The translations under genes were made by a program, and so were the position numbers. This document shows, piece after piece, positions 38,701 through 48,086 of a stretch of DNA of 64,000 bases. The DNA is from an uncultured bacterium (GTDB lineage: Bacteria > Zhuqueibacterota > QNDG01 > DTFT01): the NCBI GenBank assembly GCA_963736115.1, contig CAVTNR010000030.1:1-64000 (forward strand), in the 5' to 3' direction. The notes under the pieces were generated by a model. That model had not been told where the DNA came from. It worked only from the letters and a program-made list of their open reading frames with translations, and searched no databases. Every line of letters begins with the position of its first letter. The stretch's first letter is position 1.

Positions 38701-41338
38701 GAAAACGGACAGGAACGAATACCAGCCGGGAGACAAGGCCGAGATCCGTTTCCCGTCGCCCCGCTCCGGAACGATACTGGTCACGGTGGAGAAGGGCAGG
38801 GACATTCTCTCCTTCCAGCGGGTGGACCCGCCGAAAAAAGGGGAATGGGCCAGCGTCACGGTGCCGGTCACCGAGCGCATGCTGCCGAACGCCTATGTTT
38901 CGGTTTCCGTCATTCAGCCGCTCGGGAAAACGGAGAACGACCGGCCGATCCGGATGTACGGAGTCGTTCCCATATCCGTGACCGATCCGAAAACGCGGCA
39001 GATGGTTTTACTCACCGTTCCTGAAAAATACGAACCTGAGAAAAAGGGATGGGCGGAACTGCGCACCGAAGACGGAAAGCCCGCGCAGTTCACCCTGGCC
39101 GTGGTGGACGAGGGACTGCTCGATCTCACGCGTTTTGAAACGCCGGACCCCTGGAAGGCTTTTCACCGCAAGGAGCGGCTCGGCGTCGGCACGTACGACC
39201 TGTTCGGCCGGGTCGCGGGCGCGAATCGCGGCGATGTGTTCCGGACCTTCGCGGTCGGAGGCGGGCTGGACGAAGAATACCGGCAGTCCCAGCTCGGAGA
39301 CGTGAAAGCGAAGCGGTTCAAGCCAGTGGTGTTCTTCGCGGGTCCGTTGAAAACGGACAAGAAAGGATTCGCGAGGGTCGAATTCGACATGCCGAATTAT
39401 GTGGGATCCGTGCGCGTGATGGCCGTGACCGCGGCCGGTCCGCGCTACGGCTCCGCGGAGAAGGCCGTAGCCGTGAAGAGCGGGCTCATGGCCGCGGTCT
39501 CCCTGCCGCGGGTTCTCTCGCCGAACGACCGGGTCCGGCTTCCGGTGACGGTGTTCGCCATGGAACCGGACGTCGCCGACGTGGAGGTGACCGTGAAAAC
39601 CCAGGGACCGGTCCGGATCATCGGAGGCGGATCCAGACGGCTGTCCTTCAGCGGGGAGGGGGAGAAGGACGCGATGTTTGAGCTGGCCGTGGATCCGGCC
39701 GTGGGAAAGGCGGTTGTCACCGTTCAGGCGTCCGGCGGCCGGCACCGGGCTTCTTCCGAAACCGAAATCGCGGTGCGGTCGGCTTCGCCGAGAATTTACG
39801 AAACGCAGGTCCGCGAGATACAGCCGGGTGGAAGCGTTTCCCTTCCGGTTCCGGACCGCGGCGTGGCAGGCACCAACCGGGCGAAGGTGACGGTGTGGCG
39901 GCGCCAGCCCGTGCGGCTCGGCGAAAGACTGCAGTGGCTCCTCGATTATCCATACGGATGCCTGGAGCAGACGGTTTCAGCTGTTTTTCCCCAGCTCTAT
40001 CTCAAGGACATTCTGGCCGAGGGCGCGGTCAATCCCGCGGAGATCGACCGGAACATCAATGACGCCATCACCCGCCTCGGCAAGTTTCAGCTTGCGTCCG
40101 GCGCCTTCACCTACTGGCCCGGGGCAGGCGAGCCCGCGGTCTGGGCCACGGATTACACGGGTCGTTTTCTGGTGGAGGCGAAGAAACTCGGATACGCGGT
40201 GCCGGACGACCTGTACCGTAAATGGCTGTCCTGGGAGAAGAAGCGGGCCCAGGTTCACGCGGAGCCGGCCTTTATTCAGATACACAGGCTGTATCTTCTC
40301 GCTCTGGCCGGAGAGCCGCAGATCGGGGCCATGAACGCGGTGCGCGAGGACAGCCTGGCGGTTCTGAACGACGCGGCCCGCTGGATGCTCGCGGCTGCCT
40401 ATCAGCTCGGCGGCGCGGAAAAGACAGGGCAGGAGATACTCGGGACCGCGGCTACGCGGACGCCTGGGGCCAGCCGGTCCCGTTTCCACTGGGGTTTCAC
40501 GTACGGGTCTGAATTGCGGGATCGGGCGCTGATTCTCGAGCAGGCTGTCGCCTTCGGTCGATGGAACGAGGCCAACGGCATCATCGACGAATTCACCCGG
40601 CTTCTGAACACGGACGAGTGGTTCTCAACCCAGACGCTCGGGACCATGCTGCTCGCCATGGGCAAGGCCTTCCGGAGCGACAAGTCCGGGGGCACGCCCG
40701 TGCTCGCCGGTTCGATCCGCCTGCCGGACGGCACGGTGCGGAAATTCAAGACCGAAAACTTCAGCTTTTCCGCCGAGGTGGAATCCGGTTTCGGAAAGAC
40801 CGCCGAGGTCCGGCTGGACGCGTCATCGAAAGTGAATCGGGCTTTCGCGGAAATGTCCTGGAACGGCGTGCCGCTGGTTCCCGACATTTCGCCTCTTTCC
40901 CGCAATCTGACTCTGAACGTGGAGTGGCGCGGAGAAGACGGCGGGTTTCTGAACCCGTCCGATCTCAGACAGGGCACGGCGTTCTGGGGGGTTTTCCGCG
41001 TTCAGCCTTCGGAAACGCACTATCAGGTCATCGAGAACACGGCGCTCACCCAGGTGCTCCCGTCCGGATGGGAGATTGAAAACCTGCGGGTGACGGGTGA
41101 GGATCTTCCGGCCTGGGCTTCGGACCTGCCCTCCAATGAGGCCGCATTCACGGACATCCGGGACGACCGGATCATGTGGTTCTTCGATCTGCGGAACAAG
41201 CCCCAGGGTTTTCTCGTCAAGATCAACGCTGTATCGGCCGGCGCATACGATCTGGCGCCCGCGCTGTGCGAGGCCATGTACGACAGCCATTACCAGGCGC
41301 GCACGGGCGGCGGAAAGGTGCGTGTGGAGGCCCGGTGA
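35789..41338 (+). CDS. Bacterial alpha-2-macroglobulin lipoprotein (YfhM-like)
   Basis: Lipobox LLSAC; SERGVHRPGD, AVVDEGLLDLT, thioester motif YPYGCLEQ, DIRDDR and EAMYD. Confidence 0.95.
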   Translation: MKRLRFLPVPAVLILVLLLSACGDTGPAIPDSMAMPEAAARVVAEATAGLVPVNGAIRVRFAEPVADPSMISPDPSNPRPLAGGLFRFEPKIKGVAFWLDDRTLVFRPAKDLEAGTKYRGGLDLSRVIARKDGDPLPVLPLQFTAAALAMAAFDGDFELVDGNDPKKLVYSGSVTFTQPVPLKDITEAVSVLVNDRKWDVSLESDGSGAKYRFRTAVIPRDDTQKTLLFRIPAGKLGLAEDMQKSAFLPPLTDMEVTEVSAAAGSKETAITIRFSDELDARRSIGDRIALEPAGDFVFAVEGREVTVTGPFDFGKPYVVIVAKGIRGKWGTSTRAETRHTVTVEDLKPEIRFTSEGVYVASSAGRKIRFETVNVRRVRLKIVRVFENNLGQFLQMKKLAGRTGSEDWDYEGGYVPGGMERVGVDVANDTLEIGDRRNARLLHELDLNRIVKKEDRGLYLIRLSFERKDMLYKDIGESPERGGYYSGEAEDPGSWYYLYNHGTIEKPVVFSDIGLTCKKAGARYWVMATNLLTAEPMSGVAVTLRTYQNQIAGQAETNGSGIADLPAVQGDIFYVAAEKDGHRSAVKPSEMGWALSGFDTGGEEAAPDGIRAFIYSERGVHRPGDTVYLGCILRNPDGTFPDRHPVTLKVFNPRNQLAVQETSKDGVDGFTSFRFSTNADDPTGRWIARFQAGGRSFEYGLRIETVVPYTLKIGLTSDRKKAGPADKTCSFSLSADYLFGAPAAGLEASLEVLLRKRNMSFKSFPAFRFDNPVLETRYDAENVYSGATDGQGKTRTVWEMPSLRGAASALEAVVTARVIEKGGRPNGAVLVLPVDPYPRYVGIRPADQADWTRTGAPLELPVVLVDSEGNPAAGRTLNVRVFLNRQHWWWEYEDESDSRLRFKADRETRLVHQTVLASAEKPVPLSYTPDAPGQYFVEIQDGRDGHTAGFFFSATAWGEIPAGAEGPDLLTLKTDRNEYQPGDKAEIRFPSPRSGTILVTVEKGRDILSFQRVDPPKKGEWASVTVPVTERMLPNAYVSVSVIQPLGKTENDRPIRMYGVVPISVTDPKTRQMVLLTVPEKYEPEKKGWAELRTEDGKPAQFTLAVVDEGLLDLTRFETPDPWKAFHRKERLGVGTYDLFGRVAGANRGDVFRTFAVGGGLDEEYRQSQLGDVKAKRFKPVVFFAGPLKTDKKGFARVEFDMPNYVGSVRVMAVTAAGPRYGSAEKAVAVKSGLMAAVSLPRVLSPNDRVRLPVTVFAMEPDVADVEVTVKTQGPVRIIGGGSRRLSFSGEGEKDAMFELAVDPAVGKAVVTVQASGGRHRASSETEIAVRSASPRIYETQVREIQPGGSVSLPVPDRGVAGTNRAKVTVWRRQPVRLGERLQWLLDYPYGCLEQTVSAVFPQLYLKDILAEGAVNPAEIDRNINDAITRLGKFQLASGAFTYWPGAGEPAVWATDYTGRFLVEAKKLGYAVPDDLYRKWLSWEKKRAQVHAEPAFIQIHRLYLLALAGEPQIGAMNAVREDSLAVLNDAARWMLAAAYQLGGAEKTGQEILGTAATRTPGASRSRFHWGFTYGSELRDRALILEQAVAFGRWNEANGIIDEFTRLLNTDEWFSTQTLGTMLLAMGKAFRSDKSGGTPVLAGSIRLPDGTVRKFKTENFSFSAEVESGFGKTAEVRLDASSKVNRAFAEMSWNGVPLVPDISPLSRNLTLNVEWRGEDGGFLNPSDLRQGTAFWGVFRVQPSETHYQVIENTALTQVLPSGWEIENLRVTGEDLPAWASDLPSNEAAFTDIRDDRIMWFFDLRNKPQGFLVKINAVSAGAYDLAPALCEAMYDSHYQARTGGGKVRVEAR

Positions 41339-41387
41339 ACATGTTTCGTTGCGTCGTCCTTGAGGGAGGACCGGGCGCATGTTCTTT

Positions 41388-41417
41388 GTAGGGGCGACGC
41401 GCTGCGTCGTCCTTGCG
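41388..41417 (+). repeat. GTAG-type REP palindrome (family A)
   Basis: GTAGGGGCGACGCGCTGCGTCGTCCTTGCG; reverse-orientation copies at 50046-50085 and 50127-50161; partial copy at ~41350. Confidence 0.7.
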
Positions 41418-41434
41418 AAAACGGGGAATTGAAC

Positions 41435-42214
41435 ATGAAAAATCCGATGTTATTTCTGTGTGTGATCGTTCTGTTCGCCGGCGTCACAGCAAGTCGGGCC
41501 GATTCCCCCAGGTTTGAATTCAACCGCCTGACCGACCGAGTTTGTATTTTAACCCACGGGCCATGGGCTGAGACCATGACCGTGGTGGATGCGGACACCT
41601 GCCTGGTCGTCGTGGACACATGGGGGTCCCTTTCCGCGGCCAGGGAAGCCGCCTCGTTCATCGACAGTCTGTACCGCAAGCCCGTGCGGTTCGTGATCAA
41701 CACCCATCACCACTGGGACCACACCTTCGGCAATGCGGCTTTTCCTGCCGCCGAAGTCGTGGGTCACCGGTTCTGCGGACCGGACATGCTGGAGGATTAC
41801 CGGGATCGGGATGTCCGGAAACATTATTTTATCGGCAACGCGGCAACGACTCCGCCCCTTTCGCTGAAAGACTATATCGCCGGGGTCGGCGTGGAGTCGG
41901 CCGACTCCGCTTTCGTCCTCGTTCCGCCTGTCCGTTCCTCCGGCGATCGGGACACGCTGTCCGCGGGGGATCTGACATTCATTCTTTACCATACACCTGG
42001 CATCCATACCCGGAGCAATCTGACGATATTTGTCCCTGAGCTGGGAATCGTTATCGGACGCAGTGAATTGATGGACCGTGTGAACATGAAGCTGGAACCC
42101 GGCGCGGACCCGGCTGTCATCGAACGCGTTCTGGAGGACATTCGTTTCTCCGGGAAACCAATCCGCTTTCTCATCCCCGGGCACGGCCAGGCGATTGCGG
42201 ATCCGGCTCTATAA
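41435..42214 (+). CDS. Secreted MBL-fold metallo-hydrolase
   Basis: Signal peptide; VVDT, INTHHHWDHTFGN (HxHxDH), PGIHT and IPGHG. Confidence 0.85.
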   Translation: MKNPMLFLCVIVLFAGVTASRADSPRFEFNRLTDRVCILTHGPWAETMTVVDADTCLVVVDTWGSLSAAREAASFIDSLYRKPVRFVINTHHHWDHTFGNAAFPAAEVVGHRFCGPDMLEDYRDRDVRKHYFIGNAATTPPLSLKDYIAGVGVESADSAFVLVPPVRSSGDRDTLSAGDLTFILYHTPGIHTRSNLTIFVPELGIVIGRSELMDRVNMKLEPGADPAVIERVLEDIRFSGKPIRFLIPGHGQAIADPAL

Positions 42215-42223
42215 CGCATTCAA

Positions 42224-44611
42224 ATGAATTTTATCCGCTTTTATTCGAATGTACTTCGCCGGGCAGGCGCGTCGCGGCGCACCCGCGGAATAATTGCGTG
42301 TTCGGGCCTGTTTTTCCTGCTTTTCCTCCTCATCCCCACCCCCTCCTTCCCGCCGGACTACAGCATACGGGTGCTCGATTCGGACGGCGCCATTCTGCAC
42401 GCGACGCTGAACCGGAAACAGCAATGGTGCCTTCCCCCGGATCCGGAGTTTCGAATCCCTCCGAAATTAAAAGCCTGCGTTCTGGAATACGAGGACAGGC
42501 ATTTCAGGATCCATCCGGGCGTGAATCCGGTTTCGATATTCCGCGCGCTGAAGTCCAACGCCAGGTCCGGCGGTGTCCGAAGCGGGGCAAGCACCATCAC
42601 CATGCAGGTGGCACGGCTCAGCCGGCCCAAACCCCGCACGCTCCCGAACAAGATGCTCGAAACGGCGCAGGCGCTGAAGCTCGAAATTCTGCGTTCCAAG
42701 ACCGCGATACTCAGAACCTATCTGGACCATGCGCCCTACGGCCGCAACGTGGTCGGCGTTCGGGCCGCCTCGCTCCGGTATTTCGGCCGGGAACCGGAGC
42801 GGCTGTCCTGGGCCGAAGCCGCGACCCTGGCCGTGCTTCCCAATCAGCCGGGCCTCATCGCGCCCGGAATCCGGTCCGGTCTCCTGAGAGGTAAACGCGA
42901 CCGACTTCTGCGCCGCCTGGAGCAACGGGGTCTTCTCGACGCTGAAACCCTGTCCCTGTCCCTGCTTGAGCCCGTGCCCTCTTCCTCCGAGCCGTTCCCG
43001 GCCGCGGCCCTGCATCTGGCCAGGCGGCTGGAAGCATCGGCATCCGGACGGTTTACGCTCCGCACCACCATCCGACGGGAAATTCAGCTCAGGGCTGAGG
43101 CGCTGACCGCGGCGCACGTGTCGGAACGGCTTCGGCCCCTGGGCATTCGGAACGCGGCCGTGCTGATCGCGGAAACGCGGTCCGGAAAGATCCGCGCCTA
43201 TGTCGGGTCACAGGATTTTTTCGACTCGGAAAACAACGGACAGGTCGACGGCGTCGCCGCGTCGCGGTCTCCGGGGTCCCTGCTGAAACCTTTTCTCTAC
43301 GGGCTGGCCATGGACGAGGGTCTGCTTCTGCCCGAAACCCGGATACGGGACATACCCACGTATTACGGCGCGTTTTCGCCTTCCAATGCGGCTGAATCGT
43401 ACGACGGACTCGTGAGCGCGAAGGAAGCGCTCATCCGCTCCCTCAATGTGCCGGCCGTGCGCGTGCTGTACGGTTTCGGCGTGAGGCCCTTCTACCTGTT
43501 CCTGAAAAAAGCCGGACTGTCCACGCTTTTCAGGTCTCCGGACGAATATGGCCTGCCGCTCATTCTCGGCGGCGCCGAGGTGACGGCCTGGGACATGACC
43601 CGATTGTACCGCGGGCTCGCGTCCGGCGGCCGGTTCCGTCCGTTGACCGTACTGGAGGACGGGACCGCGGAGGAAAGCATCGCAGGGCCCGCGCTCATCA
43701 GCCCGGGCGCATGCTGGCTCACGCTCAACATGCTCCGGGAGTTGAAACGGCCCGAGGCGGAGGCTTACTGGCAATTGTACCGGGACCGGCGGCCCATTTC
43801 CTGGAAGACCGGCACCAGTTACGGATTCCGGGACGGGTGGGCCGCGGGCGTCAGCCCCGCATGGACCATTGTGGCGTGGGCCGGCAATTTCGACGGCGAG
43901 GGGAACGCGAACCTGGCAGGCGCGTCCTGCGCCGGGACTCTGATGTTCGCTCTTCACAATGCGCTCCCCCTGCCTGAAGAATCAGTCTGGTTCGAGCCTC
44001 CGGTGAATGATCTGGAACCCGTCTCGGTCTGTTCGGAAACCGGATTCACGGCCGGACCGGATTGTCCTTCAGTGAAGGTCCGCAGGGTCGAATCGCCGCG
44101 GTTCATGAAACCCCTGCCGGTCTGTCCGTATCACAAAAAGTTGTTCCTGTCAGCGGACGGCCGCATGCAGGTCTGTTCCGCATGCTGGGGCCGGGGACCG
44201 GTCCGCGAGGAAGTGCGGCTCGTGTATCCGCCGGATGTGGCGCAATTTCTCAGGGAGAGCGGAAAACCCGCGGGCGACGCCACACGGCACAATCCGGCAT
44301 GCGCCGGTGACGCGGCCGATGACCCGATGGACATCCTGTACCCCCAGCCAGGCGCGCGGCTGTGGATTCCGCGGGATCTTGACGGCCGGTTCGAGAAGGT
44401 GATGTTCCGCGCCGCGCACCGTGAAGCCGGGAGCGTGCTCCACTGGTACCTGGACGGCGTTTATCTGGGCGCGACGCGGTCCAGGCATTCCATGGCCTGC
44501 AATACGGGCGCGGGAGACCACGAACTGGTCGTGGTGGATGGAAACGGCAACAGGGAAAAGGCGCAGTTCACGGCGGGCATCCGCCGTTCCGTCGATACCG
44601 GGGGGGGATGA
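42224..44611 (+). CDS. pbpC: Penicillin-binding protein 1C
   Basis: EDRHF-HPGVNP, SGASTITMQVAR, SPGSLLKPF (SxxK), SLNVP, KTGTS and BiPBP C-terminal domain; near alpha-2-macroglobulin. Confidence 0.95.
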   Translation: MNFIRFYSNVLRRAGASRRTRGIIACSGLFFLLFLLIPTPSFPPDYSIRVLDSDGAILHATLNRKQQWCLPPDPEFRIPPKLKACVLEYEDRHFRIHPGVNPVSIFRALKSNARSGGVRSGASTITMQVARLSRPKPRTLPNKMLETAQALKLEILRSKTAILRTYLDHAPYGRNVVGVRAASLRYFGREPERLSWAEAATLAVLPNQPGLIAPGIRSGLLRGKRDRLLRRLEQRGLLDAETLSLSLLEPVPSSSEPFPAAALHLARRLEASASGRFTLRTTIRREIQLRAEALTAAHVSERLRPLGIRNAAVLIAETRSGKIRAYVGSQDFFDSENNGQVDGVAASRSPGSLLKPFLYGLAMDEGLLLPETRIRDIPTYYGAFSPSNAAESYDGLVSAKEALIRSLNVPAVRVLYGFGVRPFYLFLKKAGLSTLFRSPDEYGLPLILGGAEVTAWDMTRLYRGLASGGRFRPLTVLEDGTAEESIAGPALISPGACWLTLNMLRELKRPEAEAYWQLYRDRRPISWKTGTSYGFRDGWAAGVSPAWTIVAWAGNFDGEGNANLAGASCAGTLMFALHNALPLPEESVWFEPPVNDLEPVSVCSETGFTAGPDCPSVKVRRVESPRFMKPLPVCPYHKKLFLSADGRMQVCSACWGRGPVREEVRLVYPPDVAQFLRESGKPAGDATRHNPACAGDAADDPMDILYPQPGARLWIPRDLDGRFEKVMFRAAHREAGSVLHWYLDGVYLGATRSRHSMACNTGAGDHELVVVDGNGNREKAQFTAGIRRSVDTGGG

Positions 44612-44914
44612 ATCAGAGTGATTAGTATATAAAAAAATCACCACGGAAAAAAACACGGAGACACTCGGGAAAAGATCGTTCGATGGGGTTGTTCATTCAT
44701 CCCGATTCAGGGATGATCGATGATGTGGCGGATAGCGCTCGGTCGATGATCGTCCGTTTTTCGTCATATCGTATGGATTGTGCCGCTCTCCCAAAGGTCC
44801 TTCGAGGGTTCAGCAGGAGAGCCCGACTCAGGGCGACAGGCTGGCCGGCGGAAAGGGTTTGCATATGGGTGAGGGATTCGCTATTTTATCCGGTCACTGA
44901 AAAGGGAAAGCCAC

Positions 44915-46042
44915 ATGGGAAAAATGAGAGTGGCGGTGCTGTTCGGGGGCCGGTCCGCCGAGCATGAGGTTTCGCTCGCGTCCGCGCTCGGCATTCTGAA
45001 AAACATCGACTGCGCGAAATACGACATCCTTCCGATCAAGATCACGCGGGAGGGCCGCTGGGAGCTTCTTCCGGCAGGGTCGGTTTACGAAACGGCGGAG
45101 GATCTGGAGCGCGCCTCCGGTCCCGGCCTGACCGCGGGCGACCCCACCCTGCACGGATTTCATTGCATCGGGGGCGGCGGCATTCAGGCCGGCACGGTCG
45201 AGGCGGACGCTGTGTTTCCGGTTCTGCACGGCACGTTCGGGGAGGACGGCACGGTTCAGGGCCTGATCGCACTTTCCGGACTGCCCTGCGTCGGCGCGGG
45301 CGTGGCCGCGTCTTCCCTGGGCATGGACAAGGTTCTGATGAAGCAGATTTTTCTGCAGAACGAACTGCCCTGCGTGGATTTCATCTGGTTTCTGCGCTCA
45401 AAATGGAAAACGGACGCGGATGTGATCCGAAAAGGCGTTTCCAAGGAAATCGGTTATCCCTGTTTTGTCAAGCCCGCGAACGCGGGATCCAGCGTGGGCG
45501 TGGGAAAGGCGGCGGATGAAGCGGGCCTGGCCCGGTGCGTTGAAGAGGCGGTACGGTTTGATCGCAAGATTCTCGTGGAGAAGGCGGTCATCGGCCGCGA
45601 GCTGGAATGCGCGGTGCTGGGCAACGACGAACCCGAGGCCTCGGCCGTGGGCGAGATTCTGCCCTGTAATGAGTTCTACGACTACGCGGCCAAGTACGAG
45701 CTCGCCAGCGCGACCGTTGTACCCGCGGAACTGTCCGAACCGATCGCAAGGGCCGTTCGCGGGTTCGCGAAGGACGCGTTCAAGGCCGTGGATTGCGCGG
45801 GCATGGCCCGGGTGGACTTCCTGATGGAAAAGGACACCCACCGGATATTCGTGAACGAGATCAATACCATACCCGGATTCACGCCGATCAGCATGTACGG
45901 GAAGATGTGGGAGGCGTCCGGTGTTCCCTATCCTGAACTCATCGACCGGCTGATCCGTCTGGCCGTGGAACGGCATGAGGACCTGAACCGGTCCCTCTAC
46001 AGCCGCGCCGGATCGCCTGCCGGAACGGAGGGCGCCGCATGA
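44915..46042 (+). CDS. ddl: D-alanine--D-alanine ligase
   Basis: FGGRSAEHEVS, FPVLHG-FGEDG-QG, VKPANAGSSVG, FYDYAAKY and NEINTIPGFT-ISMY. Confidence 0.97.
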   Translation: MGKMRVAVLFGGRSAEHEVSLASALGILKNIDCAKYDILPIKITREGRWELLPAGSVYETAEDLERASGPGLTAGDPTLHGFHCIGGGGIQAGTVEADAVFPVLHGTFGEDGTVQGLIALSGLPCVGAGVAASSLGMDKVLMKQIFLQNELPCVDFIWFLRSKWKTDADVIRKGVSKEIGYPCFVKPANAGSSVGVGKAADEAGLARCVEEAVRFDRKILVEKAVIGRELECAVLGNDEPEASAVGEILPCNEFYDYAAKYELASATVVPAELSEPIARAVRGFAKDAFKAVDCAGMARVDFLMEKDTHRIFVNEINTIPGFTPISMYGKMWEASGVPYPELIDRLIRLAVERHEDLNRSLYSRAGSPAGTEGAA

Positions 46043-46740
46043 CCCGTCCCGTAAAGCATGACCGCAGACTCACCCGGACCTGGTTCTGCCTGGCCGCCGC
46101 GGTCTGGTTTGTTGCGGCGCCCGGGGAGTTATTCCCGGAACTCCGGATCCGACCCAGGGTCTATGCGGGCGGCGGCTACGGCCGCACGCAGAACGCCCGG
46201 ATGCCGGAGTTTGCCGTGGAGGACGCGGCGGATCGTAATTTCGTCGAAGCCAACATGTCGTCCCTGAAACGGAATTTCATCCGCGGCCAGATCCGCCTGG
46301 ATCTCGTGCACGCGGGCGCCTTTTCGGCCGGGTATCTGTTCTGGGGGCATTACAACGAAATTCCCGCCGACTATCCCGAATTCTGGCTGAAGCCGGATAA
46401 ATGGTACCCGGCCGCGGATCATGTCGCCCTGCACGCAGCCACGGTTCAGTGGAAACCGGCCTTTGCCGCCTCCCGCCGTGTCGCGCCGTTTCTGCTGGCC
46501 GGGGCCGGCGGGTATTACGGGAATGTCACCTCGGTCCGGTACCTGCCCGCGGATTCCACGGGTCTGTATTATTACGGGAGCCGCAGACAGACGGCATCGG
46601 ACGCGGGCCGCGCCGTGCTGGCCGGAATCGGCGTGGTCGCGTTCCGTTACGCGTATCTTTACGCGGGCGCCGTGCACCTCATCGATTCCGCGCTTCCGGC
46701 AAAGACCTTTTTCGATGTGATTGTGGGGGTGACGTTTTAG
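46039..46740 (+). CDS. Hypothetical exported protein, probable small outer-membrane beta-barrel
   Basis: Signal-like N-terminus, alternating beta-strands, PFLLAGAG strand, C-terminal VGVTF (BAM signal-like); ATGA-coupled to ddl. Confidence 0.55.
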   Translation: MTRPVKHDRRLTRTWFCLAAAVWFVAAPGELFPELRIRPRVYAGGGYGRTQNARMPEFAVEDAADRNFVEANMSSLKRNFIRGQIRLDLVHAGAFSAGYLFWGHYNEIPADYPEFWLKPDKWYPAADHVALHAATVQWKPAFAASRRVAPFLLAGAGGYYGNVTSVRYLPADSTGLYYYGSRRQTASDAGRAVLAGIGVVAFRYAYLYAGAVHLIDSALPAKTFFDVIVGVTF

Positions 46741-46792
46741 GGGTGGAGGCGGGGGCCTACGGCATTTCGCAGCGCAGGCATTCAGGTTGGGG

Positions 46793-46835
46793 AAGCGGAC
46801 CTCCCGAAGGCTTTCAGCCTTCGGGAGGTCCGCTT
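46793..46835. repeat. Perfect 20-bp-stem palindrome (family C) overlapping the hypA stop; possible bidirectional terminator
   Basis: AAGCGGACCTCCCGAAGGCT-TTC-AGCCTTCGGGAGGTCCGCTT. Confidence 0.75.
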
Positions 46836-47209
46836 TTAGTCACGCGTATTGATTTCACAACCGCCTCCCGGCCGGATGTGATTTCCACGTCCGATCCGCC
46901 GCAAAAGGCGCATTCCAGAACCGGCCCGATGAATGGGTCGATTGCGCCGATTTCACTTTTCGGACAGGGGCCTTCTTTGCCGCATTCACGGCACCGGATA
47001 CGGCCCGGCACAGTGCGGAACTCGAAGGTCGCGGCCGCGGCAGGCGTGTTCTCGAAGCCGATTCTCAGCCAGAATTCCACCTGCTCGGGCTGAAAGGCGC
47101 TCCATTCCCCGAATTCCAGCACCACGGTCTCGACTTTCCGCGCCTTCGCTTCAGCCGCGGCGCGGAGCACGGATCGGATAATGGTCTCCGCAATCGACGC
47201 CTCGTGCAT
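46814..47209 (-). CDS. hypA: Nickel metallochaperone HypA
   Basis: MHE N-terminal Ni site, two CxxC motifs (CREC, CAFC), SGRE-x-V. Confidence 0.9.
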   Translation of the reverse strand: MHEASIAETIIRSVLRAAAEAKARKVETVVLEFGEWSAFQPEQVEFWLRIGFENTPAAAATFEFRTVPGRIRCRECGKEGPCPKSEIGAIDPFIGPVLECAFCGGSDVEITSGREAVVKSIRVTKSGPPEG

Positions 47210-47886
47210 CAGGCCCCCGGAATCTCCATCAGCCGCATCAGCTCGTCCACCCCTTCCCCTGTTTTCGCGGAGATCAGCGCTGTTTTCAGGCCCGGCTTCA
47301 GGGAAAGCGCGTCCTTTTTCAAGAGCTCCGGGTCCACTTCCATGACGCCGGCCAGGTCCGTCTTGTTCACGGCCACAACGTCCGCGTCCAGAAAAACGGC
47401 CGGATGCTTGACGATCATGTAGGGACCTTCGGTGACTGAGACCACGACTAGCCTGCGGTGCGCGCCCAGCCGGAATTCGCCCGGGCATATGAGATTCCCC
47501 ACATTCTCGATGAGCAAAACGTCCAGGCCGTCCAGGTTCAGGCTGGACATCGCCCGGTTGACGATGGCCGCGTCCAGGTGGCAGAGGGATCCTGTGTTGA
47601 CCTGAAGCACTTCACCGCCCGCGGTCCGTATCCGGTCCGCGTCTATGGTGGTCGCCAGGTCGCCGGCTATGGATGCGACTTTCTTTTGATCCTTCAGGCG
47701 GCGGACAAATTGCTGAACCAGAGTGGTTTTGCCGGATCCGACCGATCCCAGAATGTCGATTGCGAAAATGCCGCGGGAGTCGAAAAAACGCCGGTTTTCA
47801 GCGGCCAGCAGGTCATTGGCGGCCAGCATATTCTCGGACAATTCAATGTCAAAGGTTTCATTCGTGGAGGGGATGGAAATTTTCAT
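47209..47886 (-). CDS. hypB: Nickel incorporation GTPase HypB
   Basis: GSVGSGKTT, NTG-LCHLDA, IENVGNLICP, SVTEG, NKTDL and SAKTGEG. Confidence 0.93.
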   Translation of the reverse strand: MKISIPSTNETFDIELSENMLAANDLLAAENRRFFDSRGIFAIDILGSVGSGKTTLVQQFVRRLKDQKKVASIAGDLATTIDADRIRTAGGEVLQVNTGSLCHLDAAIVNRAMSSLNLDGLDVLLIENVGNLICPGEFRLGAHRRLVVVSVTEGPYMIVKHPAVFLDADVVAVNKTDLAGVMEVDPELLKKDALSLKPGLKTALISAKTGEGVDELMRLMEIPGA

Positions 47887-48086
47887 TCACAACCTCTTGT
47901 TTATAAAGAAGCAATGGCAATCCCGAATCCCCATGGAAATCCTGCGTGAGCAAGGCCCGGGGCATATGGTAGTATGTTAAAGTGAAAAATGCAAACGGTT
48001 TGTTCCTGCCTTGGGTCAGGTTTTTCTTGACTTTTGCCTCATTTTGTGCGAAATTTATTGTTCATTAAAATTCCGGAGGTATATCC

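Noticed and set aside
44683-44967. 94-aa ORF or riboswitch in the pbpC-ddl gap
   Set aside because: No recognisable protein or RNA motif; it overlaps the probable ddl promoter and start
47210-47488. N-terminal extension of hypA in the ORF track
   Set aside because: It overlaps hypB; HypA requires the MHE N-terminus at 47209
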